Positions 24,400 through 37,076 of a stretch of 64,000 nucleotides of DNA are shown one piece after another. The stretch comes from Neoechinorhynchus agilis (taxonomy: Eukaryota > Animalia > Acanthocephala): positions 15,267,480 through 15,331,479 of the forward strand of contig CM121342.1 of assembly GCA_051530055.1 (NCBI GenBank), given 5' to 3'. Position 1 is the stretch's first letter, and each line of letters begins with the position of its first letter. The notes below the pieces were generated by a model. It ran no database searches and was not told where the DNA came from. It worked only from the letters and a program-made list of their open reading frames with translations. Both the position numbers and the translations under genes were made by a program.

Positions 24400-25830
24400 T
24401 GAACCCCTCAAAGGAAAAACTCGATCGAATTTCGCGGTACGGAAAAAGGAACGAAGGTATAGGGACGTGCGAGGTAGAGGATGATGAAAGGAATTAAGAT
24501 TGCGAGTGTCGTGCTCACATGAAAGAAGACGACATGTAGTAAAAAATGTGGTGGTAGGGTTGAGGTGCGTTTTGATTGTTTACGGAAAATTTTATTAAGG
24601 CATTCGGTGAGAGGGGAAAAATGAACTGCGCAAATTTTAGAGGGTCGCCTATGAAACATTTCAAGACGACGGATTTGTGATTGGCAAAGGTTACAAAAGA
24701 ATGGATAAACGTAGGTGATGGAGGATACAATAAAGCTTAAGTATTTGAAGATTGAATGATTCGTGTTTTAATTGGCGGAAAAACATAAAGCTTTAATAAA
24801 ATTAGGAGATCGGGCGAAGGGATTCCTAAATGACGGAAACGTTTGAAGAAGTAAATTTTAAAGGTATTGTGCTTGTTTGAAGTTGTAATGCGCGAGTCCC
24901 ATTTCCGGATTGATTGAAATTGGAAACCCAGTATTCTGAGGGAGGTGACTCATATGATTTCATTTGAAAGATCGTGGTAGGATATGGCATTACGGGAGAT
25001 TGAAGGGATCATTTTGAAGCATTTAGACAAATTCAGGCAGAGTTTTGTTTGGTGCAGAAATCTTAGATGCGTGCGATTTCGTTAGAGGCTAAGACGAGGG
25101 AGTGGTAGACTGGTGATTCAGTGATGAGGGTGAGATCGTCGTTATATAAGAAATGTTAAAAGTAAAATGAGAGAGGCTTAAGTTCGTTTTGGAAAATATT
25201 TAAAAAAAGTAATGACAGGACGACATGTTGAGATGAGGACGTAGCCCTTCAGTTATTGTATTGTTTGCGATTGTGAAGATAAGATTCGAGCCAGCGGATC
25301 TGCCATAAGTTGAGACCAAAATTGGAGCAGGCCCGGAGAAGGAGTGAATGATCTACGGAGTCGAATGCTTTCGACAAATCTAAACTTTAGCAGTTTTCAG
25401 GCATGAGGGGTAGATGCCATATAAAAAGCTATGATTTATAATGAGGCTAAAAGGGTTTGTGAGTTCGGGGATGATGCAACGAAAAGCCCAGTTCGGAATT
25501 TAAGATTGAGGGAACGAATTTCGAGGTAATTTCCTGAGATGTTGTAAGACTTCATATGCTGAAATCAAGGGGAGTATTGGAGAGTGGACACAACTGTTGG
25601 TTGTGGGAGTGATAAATTGTGTGGTGTCTGATGTGGAGCAATGGCTGTAATTAAAGTCAGGGCAGAGGTTTTGAATGATGGAGTCTAGAACTTGTTTTAA
25701 TTCAGAAGAGGACAAATTTGGGAAGGGATTAGGGTGGAAAGGAAGCTTTTGAGGGTAACAAGTATTTTGTTAGTTGGTGCATTTTGTAAACGGGGAAAGT
25801 CAGGAGATTTATTGCAATGGGCCTTAGATG
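24400..25830 (-). mobile_element. Decayed CR1/L2-like LINE fragment
   Basis: ISAYEVLQHLRKLPRNS is pre-RT-like; segments 25165-25230 and 25735-25830 align to 5485-5535 and 5618-5735. Confidence 0.55.
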
Positions 25831-25899
25831 CTTGATTTTCAAGGAGTTTCAAGATGGGTCACGGTTGAGGATTCTAATTAATTTCTTAGGAAGTGTGGA

Positions 25900-26195
25900 A
25901 GTTAAAAAATGTTTTATTATCCATGTGTGGTTTTTTTTCACGGCTGATAATTTTCCTTGGGCACACAGCCCGCCGATCTCATTCAGGGAAGCACATAAAA
26001 TCACTTAATACCCTTAACTATACGCGGTTATTAGTTCGTACATCTCTCCGGATTATCCGATATCTCCCGAGAAGGCGGGACTCATCAGTGAGTTTTTCCC
26101 TTCAACGTAGTATTTCGTCCCTTTGGTTGTGAATCGTGGGCGATAACGGATTCGAACCCTTTGACATAAAACTGGACCACCTCGGCACAACTACG
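25900..26195 (-). mobile_element. Short interspersed element, copy 1: tRNA-like head plus permuted hammerhead core
   Basis: Minus strand: GTGCCGAGGTGG (A-box-like), GGTTCGAATCC (B-box), then GGGACGAAATAC...CTCACTGATGAGTCCC (26121-26077). Confidence 0.7.
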
Positions 26196-26643
26196 GAATG
26201 TACAAACTCTGCTAGTTTTGATTTTTAATTCCGGGCCAATTGAATTTTTATATTTTTGAAGTCTAGCCAGCCGGCAACTTTTCAGTATCGATATGTCACC
26301 GTTTCCACGGCTGATAATTTTCCTTAGACGGTTAGGGAGTACCGGATGAATCTAGCATCCGCTAATCGGTATTGCTCGCAATCTCGATATTTTGATGACG
26401 TATATTCTTTCGTCAAATATATTTTGAATTTGCGTATTTTCTGCGATAGAATTTGAAATTCATCGTTTTCAGGTTTCTTACCCCTTTCAAACACGCTGCT
26501 CTGCAAAAAGTATGCGTTCAGCTGAATTTCGTTTTGAGCAAAAGGTGTGTATTTTGGCAGCGGGTTCATTTTCTGCGTAGATTCGTTGTTGATTGCTGCC
26601 ATGCATAGATTGTTATAGACAGCTTAAGTTCTATTGGTTCAAA

Positions 26644-29600
26644 ATGGGGAAAGGAAAGAAACGCGTTGGTGGAGGGAATGAACGAGTGGTTGCTGATTCA
26701 AATGTCGTTGATCACGGAGACACCGAGGATACAAATAAGCCACAAGCGGATGAGCGAGATCTTGAAGATCTTTTGAAGGTAATGTTTCCTTTGCTTTCGG
26801 GTCAAACCTTCTTAAATAACAATTTAGGATATAGAGGAGCAATATAGAGAAGAAGAAGCGAGTAAGAAAAGTCGGCGGAAAGGGAAACGAAAGGCGAAAG
26901 CTGAGGAACGATTGTTGGGGGATGAAGAAGAGGTACCGGTTGTTGCCGAATCTCAAGCACCGCCCGCCGTTCCGGATGAGAAGCCAAACAAATCTAAGAA
27001 GGCCGCTGCTAAGAAATCGCGTGGTTTAGTCGTTAAGATCGAAGACACTGTACCAGTGATGGACAGGGTAATAAATGTGGATGTATCGGCTATTAAGAAA
27101 TCAGGGAATGTGGATGGATCGGCTATTAAGAAATCAGGGAACGTGGATAAGAAATCAGGGAAGCGTATTAATAAGCAAGTTGAACGGATGAAGGAAATTT
27201 TGGCGAAGCAAAAGGAATTAGAGGAGAAATTGCGTTTAGAGGAAGAAGAGCGGTTTAGATTGGAAGAAGAAAGAGCAAGGCGAAAAGAAGAGGAGGAACA
27301 ATTTGAAAGAGAAAAGAAGTTGAAGAAAAAGGAAAAGGAAAAGGAGAGGTTGAAACGGAAAAAGGAGAGCGGTCAGTACTTGACAAAGGAGCAAAGATTA
27401 AAAAAGGAGCGAGCTCTAGCTCAATTAGAGTCTGCTGGATTGCTTGATGATTCAAGACGCCCTAAAAAAGTTATTGCCGACCGTCGTCAACGGAAAAAAG
27501 AACTAAAATTTAAGAATGAAGTGGTAGAACTGGATGAAGAGGTTAAGACGAGTTTAAAGATCGAAGAGGCTACAGAAGATGACAACCAAGTCCCTGATGT
27601 ACTGAAGAAGTTCTCTTTCAGACACGCAAAATCCGTGAAGTATTTCGTTTAAGGAAAGATCCGTAAGCATTATTTTGGAGATAATAGCACAAATTCTTTT
27701 TAAGCTCTTTGAAATCTGAATAACTGGGAAACGATTTATTATGTAATTCTGCCCTTTTAAATTCAACATTTTCATTGTCCTGAAATTTTCAGCATTTTCT
27801 GAGTCTTTTGTTATCGTCTTTAAAAAGAAAAGTTTGTACTCCACAAAATCGGCTTTTGTCGACCACCAGCGTGCTCGAACGAACTGTGGGGAAAAATCGT
27901 AAATTGTTGAACTTATTCCAATGCTCTTCATTATAACTTGTAATTCTTAAATTTGATAAATATTCTGTGTTTGGAGGAGTATTTCTTTTACTAAAAGATT
28001 GTTGGGACGACGATTCCGATGACGGTGAAGTTAAGATTGAGGAGGACAAAGTAGTTGCACTTAATGCTGTTAAAGAGTTAAAAATTGAATCCATATCCGA
28101 TGGAGATAACTCGTCAATTGAAGAATCTTCAAGTGAAGAAGAGAGCGACGACGATGATGAAACGCTACGAGCAATCCCGGCTGGATATGAACGCGCTCAA
28201 GCTCGCATTGCACAGCGAAATGCTCGTCATCGATCTTTAGTTGGCGGCAACGATTGGCGAAGTGGAGTTATATGCGTGATGGGTCACGTGGATACTGGTA
28301 AGACGAAACTCCTGGATAATCTTCGCCGAAGCCATGTTCAAGATGGTGAAGCCGGTGGTATAACCCAACAGATTGGTGCTACCAATGTTCCAAAGGAAAC
28401 AATAGCCGAGAGAATCCGACACACGGTTGATCGGTCATTTCACCTTCGCGTTCCTGGATTCTTGATCATCGACACTCCTGGTCACGAGTCTTTCAAGAAT
28501 CTGCGGTCTCGAGGTTCGTCTTTGTGCGACATTGCTGTACTTATCGTAGATGTCATGCATGGTCTCGAACCTCAAACGATCGAGTCGATCGGACTCTTGA
28601 AAAGCCGAAAATGTCCTTTTGTCGTTGCTCTTAACAAAATCGATCGGTTAATCGATTGGAAAACGGATCCACACAAGCCAATACGTGAACTTATCTACAA
28701 GGGTCAGGCTTCACACACTGTAAAGGATTTTGAGAGTAGAGTCGATAAGGTTGTTGTGGAAATGGCTCAAGAGCTTTTAAACGTTAAACTTATTTGGAAT
28801 CGGGAAGCAGGAGATGACCGCGATTATATTTATATGATACCAGTTTCAGCAATTACTGGAGATGGTATCGGTGATCTTTTAAAGTCGGTATCCGGGCCTG
28901 TACGGTTCTTATCATATTCGTTTTTCGATCTTTTGCCTTTATAGATACTAAAATACGAAAATATGTCGTTCAATCATTAGCTTCAGCTCCCTCTTTCACA
29001 AATCACATTTTTACGATGGTTTTGGAAAAATTAACTATTGAACAAATATATCAGACTTTATGAAAGTAAATGTAGATAATTTCCAGTTTTTACCATTGCT
29101 TTTTGTATAACGAGAAGGTAATATTTTTTGTAAACGATTAAGAACTCATAGTACTTTATTTATTTTTGCCTGAAAAATGGCTATAACACAAGTTCGAAAA
29201 TTTTAACGATGGATTTTTGTTCTCTAAGATGCCGTGAAAAATTGAAAATCAAGTTTATTCTTAAACTCTTGTCAAATACGACGCACTTTTCCAGTTTTAA
29301 TTTTAAAGCAACGAATTAAGTTATATTTCATCGTTTTAAGCGTATCCTCTGGGCATATGAATGGAATGCGGTATGGAAAAAATTAGCATTATTGTTTGAA
29401 GTTTTAAAATATCTTGTTTAGGATAAAGTTCGTCTATTCCCCGTATTTTTCCGGACATTTTATGCTTTTAAGCGAAAAATTGATTCAAACAAACTTGCTA
29501 AAATTTGTGCCTTGTTTTGGTAAATCCGATTATCATTTAAAACCGCAACTAAACGCATTATCGGTACAAAAAAAATAACTTTGTAATTTTGAAACATTGC

Positions 29601-30887
29601 AAAGTTTTGTGAATCGTATTTAATTTTTTATTTATTTCTCTGATTTATTTTGACTTACCGGATGCCGTTTGCGTAAAGACGTTGGTTGAGATTTGTCAAG
29701 ATCAGAGTGAATTCAAGAATTCGTCTCAATGGAAGACACCACCACTTGGTCGAAAGCTTTTATTTAGTGAAGAACTTAAATGTACAGTTATGGAAGTGAA
29801 GGAAATTGGTGGACTCGGTACAACGATCGACGTTTGCCTTGTCAATGGTCGTCTCCATCACGGCGACAGAATAGTATTGGCTGGTCAAGAAGGTCCAATC
29901 GTTACAAATGTGCGTGGTCTACTCATGCCGGCAGCTAACAAAGAGCTCCGAGTAAAAGCTCAATACCAACTGTACAAAGAGGTGAAAGGCGCCCGTGGTG
30001 TTAAAATAGCGGCAAAGAATTTGGATCGCGCATTGGCAGGTATTCCTCTATACGTGGCTCATCGCGACGACGAAGTAGGAGTATTGTGCCGAGAAATCGA
30101 AAATCTCGTTCAGGATGTACTTAGTTCTATAAAACTGGCTGATGTTGGTGTATATGTTCAAGCATCCACTCTTGGCAGTCTTGAAGCTCTCCTTGAATTT
30201 CTTCACGAGAGTCACATTCCTTACGCAGGTATAAACATTGGATGTGTTCATCGATTGGACGTTACGAAGGCGTCAATAATGTTGCAAAAGGATCCCAAGT
30301 GGGCTGTCATTTTGGCTTTCGATGTACGCGTTGAGAAAGATGCACAGGAGATCGCAGATAATGTTGGCGTTAAGATTTTTACGGCTGATATTATATATCA
30401 TTTGTTCGATAAATTCATGGCATACAATGACGAGCTAAAAACTAAGAACAAGGAAAAACACAAAGGTTTAGCGGTATTTCCATGCAAGCTTCGTATAATC
30501 CCTCAGTTTGTGTTCAATAGTCGCGATCCGATTGTGGTGGGTGTGAATGTTGAACGTGGCTTCCTTCGAATCGGTACTCCGTTGCTCGCGGTGAAAGGTG
30601 AAGAGGAAAGTGAAGATATTGTGGATATCGGTACGGTGACGAGTATGGAGCTCAATCGCAAGCCAGTAGAAGTAGCACGGCAAGGTCATGAAGTGTGTAT
30701 TAAAATAGAAAGTCCGCAAGGTGAGGCTCCTAAGATGATAGGAAGACATTTCGATACTTCAGATCCTCTAATTTCAAAACTTACTAGAGATTCGATCAAC
30801 GTACTAAAAGAGTATTTTAGAGATGAAATGCAGAAAAACGATTGGCATCTAATTGTGGAACTTAAGAAGGTTCTTAAGATCCTATGA
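26644..30887 (+). CDS. EIF5B: Translation initiation factor eIF5B; exons 26644-26778, 26828-~27551 (or ~27598), 27998-28887, 29679-30887
   Basis: GTPase motifs ICVMGHVDTGKTKLLD, GGITQQIGAT, IDTPGHESF, ALNKID; C-terminal FPCKLRIIPQFVFNSRDPIVVGV and DWHLIVELKK; charged N-terminus. Confidence 0.97.
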
Positions 30888-31059
30888 AGTAATTTTGGAA
30901 GACGAGTATAATTGCGATGCGCGTGTCTAGAAGGGGCGAGTGGCACTACATTTATATTTCAAACCAGCAAAACGCTGCAACGAAACGCTGGGGGCCTAAA
31001 AGTAAACTAGACTTACATACTTTCTGGTTTAATTTAATCATAAATGTCATGAAATCATT

Positions 31060-34050
31060 CACACCACCGCTCTGGATCGCTCAGCTGCCGTCCTGGTGTA
31101 ACGATCGAAAGGACGGATGCAGCGAATCCCCGTTGCACAGTTAGAACTTTGTTTTGTAGGAGGAATGCTCCTGCCCTGTGATCGCCAGTGATTCGTCTCA
31201 ATCTCATAGACAATTGCTTGACCAGGCCCTGCGCTGCGGTACCAAACGAGCCGAGTGTTTCGGCGCCAAAGGGAACAAAATAATGATTTCGACTCAGGTC
31301 CCTGTATTTTGTCCTTTTTGCGTTCCTCAGTGGCGGTTGCTGCTCCCCGTGGTTTAATGGTGGCGAATTTTATGTTGCTGACTGCGAGCGTGTCCACGGA
31401 CGTGGCATCCAAGAGAACGCATTTGCCTTCTCGCCACGGGAATACTGTGACACCGGCAGATCTACGGCCATCGAGTGCTCTAAGATGTTGGGCGCATTCA
31501 CAGTATTCAGGGCACGACTAACAATTGCGCTCACTTCCGCGTGTCGTGAGTACCTTCCGCCTGATTGCCGACAGACGAGACAATGACACCCAATGGATCC
31601 ACAGTTGCTCCGCAACGCCAGCGACGGGATGTGCACATCGGTACCCCAAGTCTCAGGGACACTGCAATCCTTACTGTCTCGTCGGAGAGAAGGGTACCCA
31701 CAGAAGCGATTGGGATAGCGTTGAGCCAAGCACCCGATTCTATTGTAGAGACTGCCCCAATCGAGTTCGGTTCACTAGGTCACGAGAATCTGAAATTAAA
31801 GAGTTGTGAATTCTCGCTACCAGGGGGGAGTCCCAAACTGACTGTTTGCAACCATTGACGGGTATCTGCTCGCTGCCTGAATCTTCACACCAAAGATTAA
31901 GCACCTCCACGAAATCGTCATCCAAAGTGTAATTCTCGCCAAGAACGGATTTAACTACTTTGCGGCCTGCTTCATACGATCCAAAATAAGCTGGCGGAGA
32001 AATATCGGCTGCTTTTCGGATACCCAAACCGGCGGACAACACAGAAAAGGACGCTTGACGCTAGGCCTCGTCCGACAGCTGAGTATTTAAAATTTTCTCC
32101 AGAGAGGCTTTCACCGTCTCTTCTAATTTTGCTAGCTCATCCTTATGTCTAAAAAAGGTGCTGTGTGCAGCTTATACAGCAGTTTTAGAATTAAGAGTAT
32201 GTTCTTGATCAGGAACAGAGCCCCGTGTAAATATAATTCACCAACTCGTTCGTGCAGCACCGAAAGTTGCGGTTGAAGATTGGCGATCTCTGCTTCAACA
32301 TTAGAACTAAAAAATGCAACTTCCTAGAAGACTCAACCGGTCCAAAGCGATCAATTCTATTCCGGGGCCCGGTTCTGAAAATCTTTATGGATAGTTTGCC
32401 TGGGCGCCTCATCTTACACCTTCATCACTAAAATATCGCATTTCGCAGCATTGAATTCAATGCCAATTTTCGCCGTTTCCTTCACGAGTGTCTCCATATT
32501 GCGAACGTGGCATCATCCAGGTACCAGCCGTTAAAGCTGGACTAGAGAGAGTGCGCGACGGGATTGACTGCGGGATCTCTTTGTTGAACTCCTCATTCTG
32601 ATCACAAAACGTGGTTATTAAACAACAAGGGAGTTGAAGTCTCATAGACATTAACGAAATAACGAAATGCTTCTGGTGCGTGATCTCTAACTACTTCGAG
32701 ACGCACGGCTTTGAGTTTACGGTGATGAACGTGCGGAGTGAGTGAATAATCGCCTCTGCTAACTGAGTGGGGCAAAGTAGCATCCCTACTTTTTCCGCCA
32801 TCCTTTTATTTAAAGTTTTTGCTGTTAAGCGGCGCAGAGTTGTTCCAATTGCAATGGGACGAATCCACCTTGGGTTTTTTTGCGAGAGCACACAAAGATG
32901 CGCCGAAAAATAACTAAATTGATTTCGGAATCAACTCTCCCCTGCAAAATGGTCGATTAGGCGTGCCAATGCATCTTCAAGGGACTGGGCAGCGTCGCCT
33001 ACTGAAAAGGAAGTCATATCTTTTAGGTGTTGGGGTCACAGCACGTCAAGCCCGTGAGCTGATCCGTTAGCAAAAGAGGAGATTGCCATCTTCACTTCTA
33101 ATTTCGATGATAAAACATAAGGGATCGTATCGAAGGGCGAAATATTTCAATTGAAGTGATTCTTTGATATATAAATGTTTCGCCACTTCCACATACTCAT
33201 GGATTTTATCTTTAACCAACGAAATACTGCCGACCGCCGTCATTGGGATGTTTGGAACGAAGAGTTCCTAAAGTTTCTTCGTTATCTTTGGCGAGACTGT
33301 CCATTGATGATAAAAGACGAACTGTTCCTCCGACATCTCCGTCTGCGAGCTTGGAAGAAACGCGTCCAGCAGGCGACCAATTTGCGTTTCGACGGTGGTC
33401 AGGCTCGTGGACACGCTCCTTACGTAGATCGTTTGCTGTCGAAAGATATCGAGTAACATTTTCGCCAAAATAACTTATTCGTTCTTTTATTTTTGTGACC
33501 AGAGATCCCTCAGAAGCATCATCATCGGAAAACGCTAGTCTAAGAAACGCAAAGAGACGCATACACGACAACTCTGAGTTAATCTCGATGCAGTCTGCCA
33601 ATAGCGAGGTGAATCTCCTTGCGGCCTGATACCGCGCGCCCCTTGCGATTCTTTTCACAACGTTTCTTGGGCAAAACTCGCACAATTTTCTCTACAAATG
33701 GAATTTGATTTTGTACTGGTGATGTCGTGAAAGGATTCAGGCGCACACCGTCAATGGACTTAGGGGTGAACCGGAATCGCCACAGCGTGAATTACGTGGG
33801 CCATGGACCCTAAGAACTCCTGTTTTCGTCAGGGAGAAAATCCAATCACAAACCTCACATAATGCTGTTGAGAAGCTCGGTCGTGTTGTACCTTTGGCTG
33901 ACGAAGTTGAAACAATAACATTGACGTTGTTCTTTTCACTTTGCTCGTTTTGGGCGGGCAACTTTCCGTCTTCATATTGTGGTTTAGCATGCAGGTTCAG
34001 AGCAAAGCGAGAAGACGGCATCGGTGTCGTCGGTGGAGGAGGCGACAACT
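31060..34050 (-). mobile_element. Near full-length degenerate CRE-like non-LTR retrotransposon (zinc finger, RT, CCHC, restriction-like endonuclease)
   Basis: CEVCDWIF...RVHGPRNSRC; IRPIAIGTTLRRLTAK; HCLVCRQSGGRYSRH; DATSVDTLA (RLE). Many stops and frameshifts. Confidence 0.85.
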
Positions 34051-34199
34051 CTGGGATCCTTCATAGAAATCACACTTATGTTTTTGAAGGTTAGGTCTTA
34101 ACCATAGAATGATAATTTATGCATGACGCCTCGAGGTACTTGAAATGATCTTGTTGCTCTCTGTTTTAAATTGATTTCGTTTGTGGATTCTTGGAGATT

Positions 34200-34730
34200 C
34201 TTAAATAGTAATAACACGTTTATTTATCTGTGAGTTAACAAAGAAAGGGACCTATGTATTTTGGGTCCCCCGACCACTTTAATGCGCAGGAGAGATTGTT
34301 ATGTTGTGAGATTTGGTCTTTCGCCCGGTTCATGATAATTTAAATTTTGATGTCCAAACAGATCTTAAACGTAATTTTGGTTGCTTAATTGTTAGTTTTT
34401 GTTTTGTTCCGTTATTTTCTCCGAATCAATTCGCATTTGGAGAATTAAGCAGTGGGGAAAAAGAACGGAGGTGCAGATTTGCGCGAGGAACTGAAGGATG
34501 GAAAATGTTTTAGCGACGAGTATTGTAAGTGTGAGTAAAAAGAGAAATGTGTCTTAGAAATTGAGGAGGATGAGAATGAAGGCGTTTTGAGTGCTTTCGA
34601 AAGATTAGAGAAATATGTTCTTCTAAGGGCAGGAGTTCGGTAAACAAAACTATGAAGTTGCGAGTGTAGTCTTTCATGTCGTACATTCATGATAGAACGA
34701 AAAACGATGGATACGTTAATCAATGTCGGA
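34200..34730 (-). mobile_element. LINE 3' fragment
   Basis: FFFPTA-like RT C-terminal motif; tail homologous to 23320-23405. Confidence 0.45.
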
Positions 34731-34786
34731 CAAAAGTGAAGAAATTACATGCCCCCTCCCATTAAGATTATCATTCAGACTATTTG

Positions 34787-37076
34787 TTAAACGGTTGATG
34801 TCGCCGTCCTGAGCTCGAATGCTTGTGCGATTTCCGTTTCAATTTGGTCGAATGCCTCTTTTGGCAATTTTGACTCCTCCTCCGGTTTGATAAAGAGTGC
34901 CTTTTCAACGAAACTTGCGTTCATCTTTCTTGGAATCGTATCACAAAAATCACTGTTGATATGAAGATTATTGCACATATGCAAATGGTTTTCTCAAATT
35001 TTACCTCAGAAACTTAAGGAGATGCTCATAACTATCAGCCACGAAATATTGATTCTGAAAATTGTCAGTGACGATTTCTGCCTTGAGAACATCTTCTATT
35101 TTCAATGGCTTTTGCTTTTCTGGGCACGTAACAGCATGCTACAATCTGTAACATGATCGCTCCATTAACATGCTTCAATTTTACCTTCAATTCTTTTGAT
35201 GAACCCATATATCCCGCTCCTACGGCCTTAATTTCATCATGCTCTAGGACAAGTCCAAATTCAATTGTAAAGAAATAAACCTTTAATGAGAATGTCATGA
35301 GAAAGCAGAGACATAATTTTTATTAATTCATTTCACTTTGTAAATAATACTGAATACTAGTATTTTGGTTAAACCAGCGTTTTTCAAATACAAATATTTG
35401 AAATTTAAACAGGTCTTCAGAACGCTACACGAATAACAAATTATCAATAAGCGTTATTCGTTGTTATTTATGGAGAAATACGTTAGCAAGAATGAAAGTG
35501 CGAAAGCGTTAAATGGAAAGCAAGGAACCAAACCAAAGTATAAAGAAGATTGCACCAGAAATGGTTTCTTCGGAACCTGAAGATGCTCCATTCAGTGGCT
35601 CTGTTTTCCGAGCAAATTGAAGACGCACATGGAAACAAAAACATCCAGCGGTTTTTTTATCGAGAAGTGTAAGATGATGAATTTTTTACCATACACGCAG
35701 CGATTTCGGCCTGGGAAGTGCTGGTCGGCACCCGATGCCCTTAACCATACGCGGTTATGAGTTTGTACATCCCTACGGGATTCATCAGTGAGTTTCCTCC
35801 CTTCAACGACGTATTTCGTCCCCTTTGGTTGTGAGTCATCGGTGCTCATGGATATTGAACTCTTTGACTCTCGATAAAAGGCAACTGGTTGAGCCACGCA
35901 TAAAGATGTTAAAATCCAGCGGGTTGTTATTGATTGCAAGTTATAAGTATGCTCAGTTATTAGCAAAACACAAGAAAGCGAATACAGAAGCTAAAATAAT
36001 TTTTCCGTTTGCATCTTCATGGTGGTTTTATGAGTTTGGATTGAGGGGTTTCTAATAATAGAAAATGCGAGTTTGTTTGTCGACGTTGGAACCTCGATTA
36101 GATCGCATTTGTTCGTTTACATTGACTTTAATTTTTGAATAGATTATAAAACAACTGTATTTTTTAGTTTTTACTGTGTTAACAAACAAAAAAGTTCAAG
36201 AAACACTGTTTTAAACCCAGACACTAGCTATTATTTTATAATATGACAAAGCTAGTGGTTTAATTATTTTTGTCCAATTTCTTATGTTACAAAAATGTTT
36301 GTTCGATTTTTTAATTAGAATATTTTTCACACTGCCTAACTTAGATTATTCTATGAAATTCTTCAAAGAGAAACAGAAATTTTAACCGTACCTTCGCCAA
36401 TTCTTCGATGAGTGCGTCATCGATTCCAATAGACACGAGACCGACCCTATTTGTTAGATCTGCAAACTCTGGATCAACTAGCATTGGTACATGGCCAAGA
36501 AGTTCATGGCAGCAGTCTAACTCGTCGCTATAATCTAAGTTATCATGTTGACGTATTTTCTCCGTGCAAGGAAATGTCCGAAACGCGATATTATAAAAGA
36601 AATCCCTGGCACATATATACCCGGATACTGGCCTCAGGGAGAATCCACTCTTTTCTCTAAGGAAATTACTTAGAGCACTTAACTTAGGAATTGTTTCAGT
36701 CCTGTAAAGAGCGATCTTCGAGAATATGGAATAAAGATACACTCACCCATAGCAGCCACTGGAAAGTAAAATGTTCAAATTATTCTTGTACTCAGCACAT
36801 GTGTAAAGAGGATAGACGTCGCTCATCAAGTAAGTCGTTATTTTGTTCCTTAACCGTCCAAGCCGAAAATGTTTCCAACTCGTCAACAACCACTCACCAT
36901 TTGGTATTATCCGCATCAGTACGTTCCATATCTTTGCGAGATTTTCGTCTATTTAAATTTTCGAAGAATAAGTTTTTCCTAAACTCGTTTAACTCACGTA
37001 AATGTAAGCATTGCTGACTGCCCAAGAAACTGCAAGTCCTGCATTCTTCGAAATAGTGCTCTCTTTCTGCTTGTGC
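34787..37076 (-). CDS. Biopterin-dependent aromatic amino acid hydroxylase (PAH/TPH/TH family), catalytic-domain exons; 5' end unresolved
   Basis: GFSLRPVSGY, DCCHELLGHVPML and YFFTIEFGL supply the His-His-Glu iron ligands; canonical short introns restore the frame, with one ~1.1-kb intron (~35282-36388). Confidence 0.9.
35620..35950 (-). mobile_element. Short interspersed element, copy 2 (inside the hydroxylase intron)
   Basis: GGGACGAAATAC-GTCGTTGAAGGGAGGAAA-CTCACTGATGAATCCC at 35823-35777; flanks align to copies 1 and 3. Confidence 0.7.

Noticed and set aside
26077-26121. Reading the GAAA-before-CUGAUGA core as an ordinary type II hammerhead
   Set aside because: The 20-24 nt between the halves cannot form both stem III with an NUH triplet and stem I in any of the three copies.
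26135-26195. Functional tRNA gene
   Set aside because: A/B-box-like motifs are present but I cannot fold a full cloverleaf, and it is part of a dispersed repeat.
27650-27652. TAA read-through or a variant genetic code (reading through would reach a phase-compatible GTAAGC donor at 27663)
   Set aside because: Several genes here end in TAA and long conserved exons contain no in-frame TAA.
27552-27997. Apparent non-canonical second intron of eIF5B (the GT at 27599 is out of phase with the AG at 27996-27997; GAT repeat at both ends)
   Set aside because: A phase-compatible donor GTTTAA exists at 27552, and the same donor hexamer fits the VPS72 intron, so ordinary splicing suffices. cDNA is needed to settle it.
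10246-37076. Functional link between the Tyr-rich secreted protein and the hydroxylase as a DOPA-glue pathway
   Set aside because: They are >20 kb apart with unrelated genes between, and this enzyme family acts on free amino acids; no sequence support.
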